From Bdellovibrionales bacterium (GTDB taxonomy: Bacteria; Bdellovibrionota; Bdellovibrionia; Bdellovibrionales; UBA1609): DNA of 64,000 nt. Shown here piece after piece: positions 54,861 through 63,436 of the stretch. The stretch spans positions 1,304,318 to 1,368,317 of the forward strand of contig OZ220488.1 in assembly GCA_965116155.1 (NCBI GenBank). Reading direction: 5' to 3'. The position numbers were made by a program, and so were the translations under genes. The stretch's first letter is position 1; the number at the start of each line of letters is the position of its first letter. The notes under the pieces were generated by a model. That model did not search any database. It had not been told where the DNA came from and saw only the letters and a program-made list of their open reading frames with translations.

Positions 54861-55235
54861 GCGTAAGCATCAGAGCGCTAGCAAGACCACTGGTATGCGG
54901 CGCAGCCCCATTGGCAGCGCCTTCAGGCGCGTTAGCCAAGGAGGCAAGCAAAGCCCCCAGTGGTCTTGCGACCTATGAAGCTACAGGGCCATAGATCCCT
55001 TATAGGCCGCAGAATTTTCTGTGGGACGCTTGCTTCTGTCGTGGCCGCCTTTAGCTGTCTAGTGCACAAAAATGCTTCAGGCAGGACCACTTGTCCATCT
55101 GATGGCCCGCACCTAAAGGTGCTATCAGCTGGACTGCGTAGGGCTGAAGCCATTTTTGTTGGCACTTTTATGCTTACGCACGGAGGCTGCGCCAGGAGCG
55201 CCGCTTTATCCCAGAAAATTCTACTAGCGCTCTAA
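54861..55235. repeat. Hairpin repeat array R12 (X-type 54861-54988 inverted; X-type 54984-55235 containing nested Y-type 55053-55180)
   Basis: GCGTAAGCATCAGAGCGCTAG-CAAGACCACTGG...CCAGTGGTCTTG-CGACCTATGAAG. Then CAGGGCCATAGATCCCTTATAGGCCGC-AGAATTTTCTGTGGG...CCCAGAAAATTCT-ACTAGCGCTCTAA. Confidence 0.9.
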
Positions 55236-55241
55236 ACACAA

Positions 55242-55796
55242 TTGCAGTACCCTGCTGGGGTTGTGGGAGCAAAAGTTTTGGGTCCGGCGATTTTGGTTTG
55301 TGTGGCCGTTTTTTTGGGCTTTGGCATTTGGGCCCTTTCGACCAACCGTGTGGTGGTGGGGTACAACCAAAACTATGCCCCCGATCAGCCGATTGCGTTT
55401 TCGCACCAAAGGCATGCTGGGGAGCTGCAGATTGACTGCCGCTATTGTCACACTGCGGTGGATGTTTCGCGCGCAGCCAGTGTGCCCAGTTTAGATATTT
55501 GTATGAACTGCCACGCTCTTGTAAAAAAAGACTCCCCAGCTCTAAGCATGCTAAAGCAGCACTACGCGGATGGTGTGCCCGTGGGCTGGCAAAAGGTGCA
55601 CCTGTTGCCAGACCATGTAAAGTTCAACCACGCAGCCCATACGCGCGCGGGCAAAAGTTGTGCAGAGTGCCATGGGCCGGTGGAGAGCATGGAGGTTGTG
55701 GAGCAATTTAGCAGCCTTTCTATGGGGTTTTGTGTTAACTGTCACCGTCAGCCGGAGAATAACGCTCCTATAAACTGCGCCACTTGCCACTATTGA
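55242..55796 (+). CDS. actA: Alternative complex III subunit ActA (pentaheme cytochrome c)
   Basis: 184 aa with an N-terminal TM. Five CxxCH motifs (CRYCH, CMNCH, CAECH, CVNCH, CATCH). Start uncertain (TTG 55242 or GTG 55263). Confidence 0.85.
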   Translation: MQYPAGVVGAKVLGPAILVCVAVFLGFGIWALSTNRVVVGYNQNYAPDQPIAFSHQRHAGELQIDCRYCHTAVDVSRAASVPSLDICMNCHALVKKDSPALSMLKQHYADGVPVGWQKVHLLPDHVKFNHAAHTRAGKSCAECHGPVESMEVVEQFSSLSMGFCVNCHRQPENNAPINCATCHY

Positions 55797-55854
55797 GGTT
55801 GAGCAAGAGGTTGGGCAAATGGACGCAGCGGGACGGGAAGCAACCTAAGGTGGT

Positions 55855-58800
55855 TTGAGAGTGTCGTCTGATAAAAACAATGTAAAGCAGGTTTCGAGCG
55901 AAGAGGTGCACCCTGCGCCCTACTGGCTCAGCCTTGGGGAGGCCTCGCTGGAGGCCGAAGTGTCGTCGCAAAATAACCCCCATAAAAATGCAGCAGCTAA
56001 AAATGCAGCAGTAAGCAAAACGTCAACGGAGTTTATTAGCTCTCCCCTTAAAGAGGGCGCCACCGATGGCCCTGGCAGGCGGGAGTTTTTAAAGCTCATG
56101 GGTGCGAGCCTTGCCTTGGGGAGCGCGGGCTGTTTGAGGCGACCAGCGCAGAAGATTGTACCCTATGTGGAGCGCCCTGCAGAGGTGGTGCAGGGTGTGA
56201 ACAATTACTATGCCTCTAGTTATTTTGATGGCGCTGAGGGCTTTAACCTAGTGGTAACGACCCGTGAGGGGCGGCCTATAAAGCTAGACGCCAATGCCGA
56301 TGCCAATAGGTTAAGCTTTGGCGTAAGGGGCGGAATGTCGGCCCGTGCGCATGCACACTTGCTAAGCCTGTACGACCCGGATCGTTTAAAGGCTCCTTTG
56401 GGGCGGGTGTTTAATAAGGGGCGCACCAACTCGGACACTGTGCAGCCCAAGTGGCAAGCTCTAGATCAAGGCGTATTGGAGCTTTTGCAAAAAGCCCGCA
56501 GTTCTCTGGGGCTGGTGGTGGGTCCTACGGCTTCACCCACTGAGAGGCATTTGGTGGAAGAGTTTGCAAAGCACTTTGGTGCACGCTTGTATGTGCATGA
56601 CCCTTTAGGTGATGGAGCGGAGCGCTTTTATGAAGAGTGCTACGGGAGCGCGGTACGGCCGGTTTATAGGCCGGAGCTTGCGAAGATGGTGCTGTCGTTG
56701 GGGGGGGATTTTTTAGGCGCATCGGGCCCAGCGGTGCGCAGTACGGCGCTGTTTGCAAAGGCTAGAAAAAACCTTAACTCCATGAACGAGCTGGTGGTGT
56801 TTGAGTCTTTAATGAGCCTTACGGGCACCAATGCGGATACGCGCTATATGCTGCGGGCGTCGGATTGGCACCTGGTGGCTTGGGCTTTGGTGCGCGAGCT
56901 GGGGCAGGCGGGTTTGGTTGCGCTAAACTCTGCAGCAAAGGAGATTGTGCAGTCTCTTGCGGGTCGTATGGAGCACCTACAGGTGGAGCGTGGAGTGATT
57001 AAAAACCTGTCTCGGCGTTTGTGGCAGCACCGTGGGGAGTGTTTGGTTTTGGCAGGAGGTTTGGCGGGAGCGACGGCTAATAGGCGTAGTTTGCATACGG
57101 GGGTGAACTACTTAAACCATCTGTTGGGTAATAACGAAAACACTTTAAGTTTTGCTATGGCGCCGCGGAGCTTATGGCGCACTAGTGCGGATTTGGGCAA
57201 TTTAGAGCAAGACGTAACCGCGGGGCGTGTTAACACTGTGTTGGCCTATGGCACGAACTGGGTGTATTCGGCGGGGGCACTTGGCAGGTCGGTGCTGCCG
57301 CGTTTAAAGGCTATGGTTTATGTGGGTGGGGCGGATGACGAGACCGCTTTACATTCGGACTGGGTAGCTGCAGCAGACCACCCTTTAGAGAGCTGGGGCG
57401 ACAACGAGTTTGTAAGGGGTGTGTATAGTATTCAGCAGCCTACGATTAGGCCTTTGTACGGTACGCGCGCGAGGCAAGAGTCGCTGTTGTCATGGATGCA
57501 GGCGAGCAAAAATTCCAAAACCTCTTCAAAGCCTTCTAATGGTGCAGCAAACTTGGCAGAAAAATCTTTGTGGCATGCGTATTTGCAAAATTACTGGCGC
57601 CGCAATTTTAAATCGGCAAAGGGTGCTCCACAGGGAGGCTTTGAGGCCTTTTGGCAGGAGTGGTTATCTAAAGGGGTCGTGGGCCAAAGAGCTAAAGGGC
57701 AAGGCAGTGAGGGGGTGCGTTTTCGCGCTGAAGCTTTTAAGCCTTTGCTGGCTGAGGTGGGGCGATTGGCGCGTCGCCCGGAGTCGGATTTAGAGTTAGT
57801 GCTTTATGAGAGCGTGGGTTTGGGTTCGGGCGATATGGCAAATGTGGCATGGCTGCAGGAGTTTCCGGACCCTGTGTCTAAAATCTGTTGGGACAACTAC
57901 TTGAGCGTTGCACCGCGCGTTGCGCGCGCGCGCGGGTGGGTTGAGGGTGACATGTTGGAGCTGGATTTAGGCACAGGGCGCCGCACAGTATTGCCTTTGC
58001 ATGTGCAGCCGGGCCAGCAGGCTAATACTTTGGGCGTGGCGGTGGGCTATGGGCGCACGCGTGCGGGGCGTGTGGGCACTTTAGTGGGAGTGAATGCTTT
58101 TGATCTTACGGCCTGGGCACACGGCAGCAGGGTGAGTGCGGGCTTGATGGTGTTGGGGGTTAGAAAAAAGGAATTGTACGCGCGTTATGCTCTGGCAAAT
58201 GTGCAAGGGCATCACAGCATTGATAAAGGTTTTCATACGCAGCATGGGCGCCAGATTGTGGTAGAGCAGACTTGGCGCCAGTATAAGGACGACCCGAGCT
58301 CGGGCATTCATAGGCACAAGGTGTTTTCGCTTTGGGGCGAGCATGAGTACAAGGGGCACAAGTGGGGCATGGGTGTGGATTTGAACTCTTGCACGGGCTG
58401 TGGGGCTTGTATTGTGGCTTGTCAGTCTGAGAACAACGTGCCCGTTGTGGGTAAGGAGTATGTGCTTCAGGGGCGCGAGATGCATTGGATGCGGGTGGAT
58501 CGTTACTTTACCGGTGAGCCCGATGATCCTGGGGTGGTGCATATGCCGGTTATGTGCCAGCATTGCGATAATGCGCCTTGTGAGACGGTGTGTCCTGTAG
58601 CGGCCACCGTGCATGGGCCTGAGGGTACAAACGACATGATCTACAACCGCTGCGTGGGCACGAGGTACTGCGCAAACAACTGCCCGTACAAGGTGCGTAG
58701 GTTTAATTGGTTTGATTACTCTAAAGTAACAAGCCCTTTGCATATGGCCTTGAACCCTGAGGTAACGCACCGCTCGCGTGGGGTGATGGAGAAGTGCACG

Positions 58801-59079
58801 TTCTGCATACATAAGGTTACTTATGCCAAGCACACAGCACGCGTGCGTGGAGAGGAGTTTAAGGCAGATGATGTGCAAACGGCCTGTCAGGTAGCTTGCC
58901 CTGCAGAGGCTATTAGTTTTGGAGATTTGAACGACCCTAACTCGCAAGTGAGCCGCAAGCTGCAAGAGCCTCGGTCGTACACTTTGTTAGAGGAGCTTAA
59001 CAACAAGCCGGCGGTGCACTACCAGACCAAGGTGCGCAACGCGCCTGAGCTTAAAGGCAAACACAGCGATGGACACTAA
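55855..59079 (+). CDS. actB: Alternative complex III subunit ActB (molybdopterin-oxidoreductase-like + 4Fe-4S ferredoxin domains)
   Basis: 1074 aa. Tat signal (GRREFLKLMGASLALGSAG). C-terminal cluster motifs CTGCGACIVAC, CQHCDNAPC, CVGTRYCANNCP, CTFC. Confidence 0.9.
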   Translation: MRVSSDKNNVKQVSSEEVHPAPYWLSLGEASLEAEVSSQNNPHKNAAAKNAAVSKTSTEFISSPLKEGATDGPGRREFLKLMGASLALGSAGCLRRPAQKIVPYVERPAEVVQGVNNYYASSYFDGAEGFNLVVTTREGRPIKLDANADANRLSFGVRGGMSARAHAHLLSLYDPDRLKAPLGRVFNKGRTNSDTVQPKWQALDQGVLELLQKARSSLGLVVGPTASPTERHLVEEFAKHFGARLYVHDPLGDGAERFYEECYGSAVRPVYRPELAKMVLSLGGDFLGASGPAVRSTALFAKARKNLNSMNELVVFESLMSLTGTNADTRYMLRASDWHLVAWALVRELGQAGLVALNSAAKEIVQSLAGRMEHLQVERGVIKNLSRRLWQHRGECLVLAGGLAGATANRRSLHTGVNYLNHLLGNNENTLSFAMAPRSLWRTSADLGNLEQDVTAGRVNTVLAYGTNWVYSAGALGRSVLPRLKAMVYVGGADDETALHSDWVAAADHPLESWGDNEFVRGVYSIQQPTIRPLYGTRARQESLLSWMQASKNSKTSSKPSNGAANLAEKSLWHAYLQNYWRRNFKSAKGAPQGGFEAFWQEWLSKGVVGQRAKGQGSEGVRFRAEAFKPLLAEVGRLARRPESDLELVLYESVGLGSGDMANVAWLQEFPDPVSKICWDNYLSVAPRVARARGWVEGDMLELDLGTGRRTVLPLHVQPGQQANTLGVAVGYGRTRAGRVGTLVGVNAFDLTAWAHGSRVSAGLMVLGVRKKELYARYALANVQGHHSIDKGFHTQHGRQIVVEQTWRQYKDDPSSGIHRHKVFSLWGEHEYKGHKWGMGVDLNSCTGCGACIVACQSENNVPVVGKEYVLQGREMHWMRVDRYFTGEPDDPGVVHMPVMCQHCDNAPCETVCPVAATVHGPEGTNDMIYNRCVGTRYCANNCPYKVRRFNWFDYSKVTSPLHMALNPEVTHRSRGVMEKCTFCIHKVTYAKHTARVRGEEFKADDVQTACQVACPAEAISFGDLNDPNSQVSRKLQEPRSYTLLEELNNKPAVHYQTKVRNAPELKGKHSDGH

Positions 59080-59160
59080 AGCGGGGAGTGAAGTGAGTGA
59101 CAGTGCCGCTACCGGTGGTGGCAAGTTGTGTATTGGTAGTGGGGATGCGGAGGGAGTGAA

Positions 59161-60573
59161 GTGAGCGATAGCACCGCGCCTCTGAATGAGGCCAATGCGG
59201 TACGCAAAGCGCCCGGCATAAGGCCGCGTATGTTTGCGCGCCCTAAGACGTACAAGCAGATTAGTGACGATGTGGCTTCGTTAACTGAGACCTGGCCGGG
59301 TTGGAAGTACCTGGCTATGTTAGGTGGGGCGAAGAGTTTGTTTGTGCTGTATGTGTTTTGTATGGGGATGATCGTGGCGTATGGGATGGGCCTTATGGGG
59401 GTGAACCATCCTGTGGGTTGGGGAACGGATATTATTACTTTTGTTTTTTGGATTGGGATTGGGCATGCGGGGACGTTAATTTCGGCGATTTTGTATTTGT
59501 TTAGGCAAAAGTGGCGCATTGCGATTGCGCGCAGTGCGGAGGCGATGACGGTGTTTGCGGTGATGGTGGCGGGGACGTTTCCGGTACTGCATACGGGGCG
59601 GCCATGGCTTGCGTATTGGTTGTTGCCGTACCCGAATCAGCGGGGCCCTTTGTGGGTGAACTTTCGCTCTCCCTTGGTGTGGGATGTGTTTGCGGTGAGC
59701 ACTTATGCGACGGTGTCGTTGGTGTTTTGGTACATTGGCATGGTGCCGGATTTGGCAACCTTAAGGGACCGCAGTAAAAACCCTTGGCGCAAGAGGGTGT
59801 ATGGTATTTTGAGTTTGGGTTGGCGTGGCACGGCTCGTAATTGGAACCACTATGAGATTGTGTATATGTTGCTGGCTGGGCTGGCGACGCCTTTGGTTTT
59901 GTCGGTGCACTCTATAGTGTCGTTTGATTTTGCGGTGGCGCAGCTGCCGGGCTGGCATACTACGATTTTTCCGCCTTATTTTGTGGCGGGGGCGATTTTT
60001 TCTGGCTTTGGTATGGTGGTGACTTTAATGGTGCTGGTGCGCGCGCTGGTGCCTTGGTTTAAGGATTATGTCACTTTGTCGCATATGGAGAGCATGAACA
60101 AAATCATTATGGCAACGGGCTTAATGGTAGGCTATGCCTATGCGAGTGAGATGTTTATTGCGTGGTACTCGGCTTCGCCTTACGAGGGGTTTGTGTTTTT
60201 CAACCGGGCCTTTGGGGCTTATGGTTGGTCGTATTGGATTATGGTGAGTTGTAATGTTTTGATACCGCAGCTGTTTTGGTTTAAGTTTTTTCGCACCAAT
60301 ATTGTGAGTATGTTTGTGATTTCGTTGTTTGTAAATTTGGGCATGTGGTTTGAGAGGTACGTGATTGTTGTTACGAGTTTGCATGCGGACTTTTTGCCGG
60401 TGAATTGGGGCATTTTTGATATGACCTTTTGGGACCAAGGCGCGCTGGTGGGGAGTTTTGGGATGTTTTTGTTTTTGTTTTTGCTTTACATACGGGTTTT
60501 GCCGGCAATTTCTATTGCAGAGCTAAAGCCCTTGCTGGGCGGGCGTGGGCATAAGCCTACAGATGGGAGCTAG
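59161..60573 (+). CDS. actC: Alternative complex III subunit ActC (NrfD/PsrC-like quinol-interacting membrane subunit)
   Basis: 470 aa polytopic membrane protein with NrfD-like blocks ([25 protein letters not shown]). GTG start overlaps the stop of a 23-codon uORF. Confidence 0.9.
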   Translation: MSDSTAPLNEANAVRKAPGIRPRMFARPKTYKQISDDVASLTETWPGWKYLAMLGGAKSLFVLYVFCMGMIVAYGMGLMGVNHPVGWGTDIITFVFWIGIGHAGTLISAILYLFRQKWRIAIARSAEAMTVFAVMVAGTFPVLHTGRPWLAYWLLPYPNQRGPLWVNFRSPLVWDVFAVSTYATVSLVFWYIGMVPDLATLRDRSKNPWRKRVYGILSLGWRGTARNWNHYEIVYMLLAGLATPLVLSVHSIVSFDFAVAQLPGWHTTIFPPYFVAGAIFSGFGMVVTLMVLVRALVPWFKDYVTLSHMESMNKIIMATGLMVGYAYASEMFIAWYSASPYEGFVFFNRAFGAYGWSYWIMVSCNVLIPQLFWFKFFRTNIVSMFVISLFVNLGMWFERYVIVVTSLHADFLPVNWGIFDMTFWDQGALVGSFGMFLFLFLLYIRVLPAISIAELKPLLGGRGHKPTDGS

Positions 60574-61146
60574 GTGGTGCTAAGTAAGTTAAGTAAATGT
60601 GTGGATTATATTGAGCAGAAACTGAGCTCCAAGACCATCCCTGGGCGTGTGGCCTTGTGGGAGGAAGAGGGAGCCTTTTTGCGTGCGGCGGCGCGGGTGC
60701 GGGAGCTTGTGGGGTCGGAGGGTTTTGAGGCGATTTCGCCCTATCCGGTGCATGGCATCGAAAGCGCCTGTGGTTTAAAGCGGTCGTTTATTCCGTATGC
60801 TACGTTTGTGTTTGCGTTTTTGGGTTTTGGTTTTGGTGTGTGGTTTACTTGGTGGACTTCGGCTTCGGACTGGCCGCTAGTGATCGGGGGTAAGCCTATG
60901 TGGAGTTTGCCGGCTTTTATTCCGGTGATTTTTGAGTGCACCATATTATTTGCGGCTTTGGGCAGTGTGCTGACTATGCTGGTGGTGCAGGCTTTGCCTA
61001 AGGTGGCGCCTCCTGTGCTGGATGAGTCCTTAAGCTGCCATAGGTTTGGTATTTTTGTGCCGCACTCAGCGGGTGTGGGTACGGAGCAGCTGGACGCAAT
61101 TTTTAAAGACTGTGCGGCCATTGATATTAAGGCAGCTGTATTTTAA
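60574..61146 (+). CDS. actD: Alternative complex III subunit ActD (DUF3341-type)
   Basis: 190 aa. Soluble N-domain plus two TMs. Position between actC and the monoheme subunit. Confidence 0.8.
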   Translation: MVLSKLSKCVDYIEQKLSSKTIPGRVALWEEEGAFLRAAARVRELVGSEGFEAISPYPVHGIESACGLKRSFIPYATFVFAFLGFGFGVWFTWWTSASDWPLVIGGKPMWSLPAFIPVIFECTILFAALGSVLTMLVVQALPKVAPPVLDESLSCHRFGIFVPHSAGVGTEQLDAIFKDCAAIDIKAAVF

Positions 61147-61151
61147 GGCGT

Positions 61152-61748
61152 GTGTGTATGCTTAGTGTTTTAAAATTTGGTATGCGGCTTTGGGGGGCAG
61201 GTGCTTTTGGGGCACTGATTTGGGTACTGGTTTGTGCACTGATTTGCTGGGGGCTTTTGGGATGCAATGGGGGCAAGAACCGCACTAATATTGAGCTTAT
61301 TCGTGGCATGATGGATCAAAGATCTTTAAAGGCCCAAGACTGGGACGGCGCGCGGGGCAAGCCTGCTGCCATGTTGCCTCCTCGGGGCACTTTACCTATG
61401 GGGCATGAGCCCTACAAGCACAGCTTTGAAAGCTCCGCCGCGCTTGAAGCGCCTGCGGAGTGGCAGGCACTAAGTTTGGAGCAGTTGCAGCAGGCAAAAG
61501 AGCTGTATCGGGTTTACTGCGCCGTATGCCATGGCGCGGGTGGTAGGGGCAAAGGGACGGTGGGGGAGTTTTTAACCCTGCAGCCTCCCGACTTGCTTGC
61601 GGCGCAGGTCAAGGCTTATGCGGCGGGGCAGCTTTACCATATAATCACCCAAGGCTATGGGCAGATGAGATCGTATAAAAATTTAGTGCGCGAGCCTTGG
61701 CAAAGGTGGGCCATTGTGGGTTATGTGCGGCACTTGCAGGGCCAATAA
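61152..61748 (+). CDS. actE: Alternative complex III subunit ActE (monoheme cytochrome c)
   Basis: 198 aa with an N-terminal TM/lipoprotein-like segment. A single CAVCHG heme motif. Confidence 0.8.
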   Translation: MCMLSVLKFGMRLWGAGAFGALIWVLVCALICWGLLGCNGGKNRTNIELIRGMMDQRSLKAQDWDGARGKPAAMLPPRGTLPMGHEPYKHSFESSAALEAPAEWQALSLEQLQQAKELYRVYCAVCHGAGGRGKGTVGEFLTLQPPDLLAAQVKAYAAGQLYHIITQGYGQMRSYKNLVREPWQRWAIVGYVRHLQGQ

Positions 61749-61790
61749 CAGAGCAAATGGCAGAGCAAAACAAAAGGACCGGGCAGTAGT

Positions 61791-62969
61791 GTGAGTAATA
61801 GTAGCGGTAAGTTTTTGGCAAATTATAAGTCTTGGTTAATGGGTTTTTTTGCTTTGGGGGCGGTGTGTTTTTTTGTGGGTTTGAGGCTTGATCCGCAAAG
61901 GGCGTGGTTGGCTTATTTGGTGGGATTTTTTTATGTCACCAGCCTTAGTTTGGGGGGCTTGTTTTTTGTGGCTTTGCAGTATGTGGTTAAAGCGGGTTGG
62001 AGCGTAAATTTGCGCAGGTTTGCCGAAGCTTTTGCAAGTTTTGTGCCTTGGGGCTTGGTATTGGGGGTGGTGCTGCTTTTGGGTGTGGATGAGATTTACT
62101 CGTGGGCCAATGAGGCTTATGTGGCAAAGGATCCTGTGCTGCAGCATAAGGCTGCGTATTTGAACAAGGGCTTTTTTGCTGTAAGGCTGGTGGTGTTTTT
62201 TGGTTTGTGGGTGCTTTTTGCTAGGGTGCTGACGTTTTTGGATCTGCGGCAGGAGCGCTTAAAGCAAAGCGAGTGGCCGCGCTTGGTGCGTTGGGGTGTT
62301 GCGGGGGTGTTGGTGTTTGCTTTGAGCTACACGCTGTTTAGTATGGATCTGCTTATGAGTTTGGAGCCGCATTGGTTTAGTACGATTTTTGGGGTGTACT
62401 GTTTTGCGGGTTTGTTTCAGAGCACTATGGCGGCTTTGGTGCTGGGGGTGTTTTGTGCTTATAGGTGTGGGGTTTTGGATAGGTCTTTAGTGAGTGATGA
62501 GCATTTGCATGATCTGGGTAAGTTTATGTTCGCGTTTACGGTTTTTTGGGCGTATATCGCTTTTTCGCAATATATGCTGATCTGGTACGCCAACTTGCCT
62601 GAGGAGACGATTTTTTATGTACCGCGGTCGCAGGCCTCGTGGGCGTGGGTGAGTTTGGGCTTGTTGGTGTTTAGGTTTGTGGTGCCTTTTTTGGTGCTGC
62701 TGCCAAGGGGTAGCAAAAGGTGCCCTTTGACCTTGGGCGCAATGAGTGTGCTGGTTTTGGTGATGCAGTATGTGGACCTTTATTGGTTGGCGTACCCTTC
62801 GGTTAAGGCTTTTCAAAAAGGTGCGGTTTTTGGTGTGTACGAGGTGGGGGTGGCTTTGGGTTTTGTGGCTGTGTTTTTGTTTGCGGTGGTGGGTTTTTTA
62901 AAGCGCCATGCCTTGACTCCGCAGTGGGATCCTTTGCTTCAGGAGTCTAGCACCCACCATGTGGTTTAA
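61791..62969 (+). CDS. actF: Alternative complex III subunit ActF (ActC-related membrane subunit)
   Basis: 392 aa polytopic membrane protein. Last gene of the act cluster. Confidence 0.8.
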   Translation: MSNSSGKFLANYKSWLMGFFALGAVCFFVGLRLDPQRAWLAYLVGFFYVTSLSLGGLFFVALQYVVKAGWSVNLRRFAEAFASFVPWGLVLGVVLLLGVDEIYSWANEAYVAKDPVLQHKAAYLNKGFFAVRLVVFFGLWVLFARVLTFLDLRQERLKQSEWPRLVRWGVAGVLVFALSYTLFSMDLLMSLEPHWFSTIFGVYCFAGLFQSTMAALVLGVFCAYRCGVLDRSLVSDEHLHDLGKFMFAFTVFWAYIAFSQYMLIWYANLPEETIFYVPRSQASWAWVSLGLLVFRFVVPFLVLLPRGSKRCPLTLGAMSVLVLVMQYVDLYWLAYPSVKAFQKGAVFGVYEVGVALGFVAVFLFAVVGFLKRHALTPQWDPLLQESSTHHVV

Positions 62970-62995
62970 GCGCAGCATTTAGAAGTGGTGGTGGT

Positions 62996-63436
62996 GTGGT
63001 TTTGCGGCTGTTTTTAAGTTGTGGAGGCTTGGGCTTTAGCCCTTATGCTCCTGGTACACTTGGCACATTGGCGGGTGTGCCTTTGGTGTATGCGGTGTCT
63101 TTGTGGGGTGGAGTGTTTTGGCATGGCGTGCTGGTGCTGGTGCTGTTTGCTTTAGGTGTGGGAGCGGTTGGCGTGTACGAAAAAGCTTGCGCGCGCCATG
63201 ACCCGTCTGAGGTGGTGCTGGACGAGGTGCTGGGTTATGGGGTGAGCATGTTGGGGGTGCCGCTGTCGTTTACCAATATGCTTTTGGGGTTTGTGGTGTT
63301 TAGGTTGCTGGATATTTTTAAACCCTGGCCTATCTCGTGGATAGACCGGCAAAAGTCTCCTGCTAGTGTCATGGCCGACGACGTAGCCGCCGGGCTCGCG
63401 ACGAATTTGATTATTCAGTTGCTGCTAGCGCTCTAA
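62996..63436 (+). CDS. pgpA: Phosphatidylglycerophosphatase A
   Basis: 146 aa. GFSPYAPGTLGTLAGVPL, DEVLG, FRLLDIFKPWPI, DDVAAG. The stop TAA is the end of CTAGCGCTCTAA. Confidence 0.85.
   Translation: MVLRLFLSCGGLGFSPYAPGTLGTLAGVPLVYAVSLWGGVFWHGVLVLVLFALGVGAVGVYEKACARHDPSEVVLDEVLGYGVSMLGVPLSFTNMLLGFVVFRLLDIFKPWPISWIDRQKSPASVMADDVAAGLATNLIIQLLLAL

Noticed and set aside
58081-58965. 294-aa minus-strand ORF inside actB
   Set aside because: Antisense to the highly conserved ActB Fe-S domain. H/R-rich nonsense-like composition. Shadow ORF.
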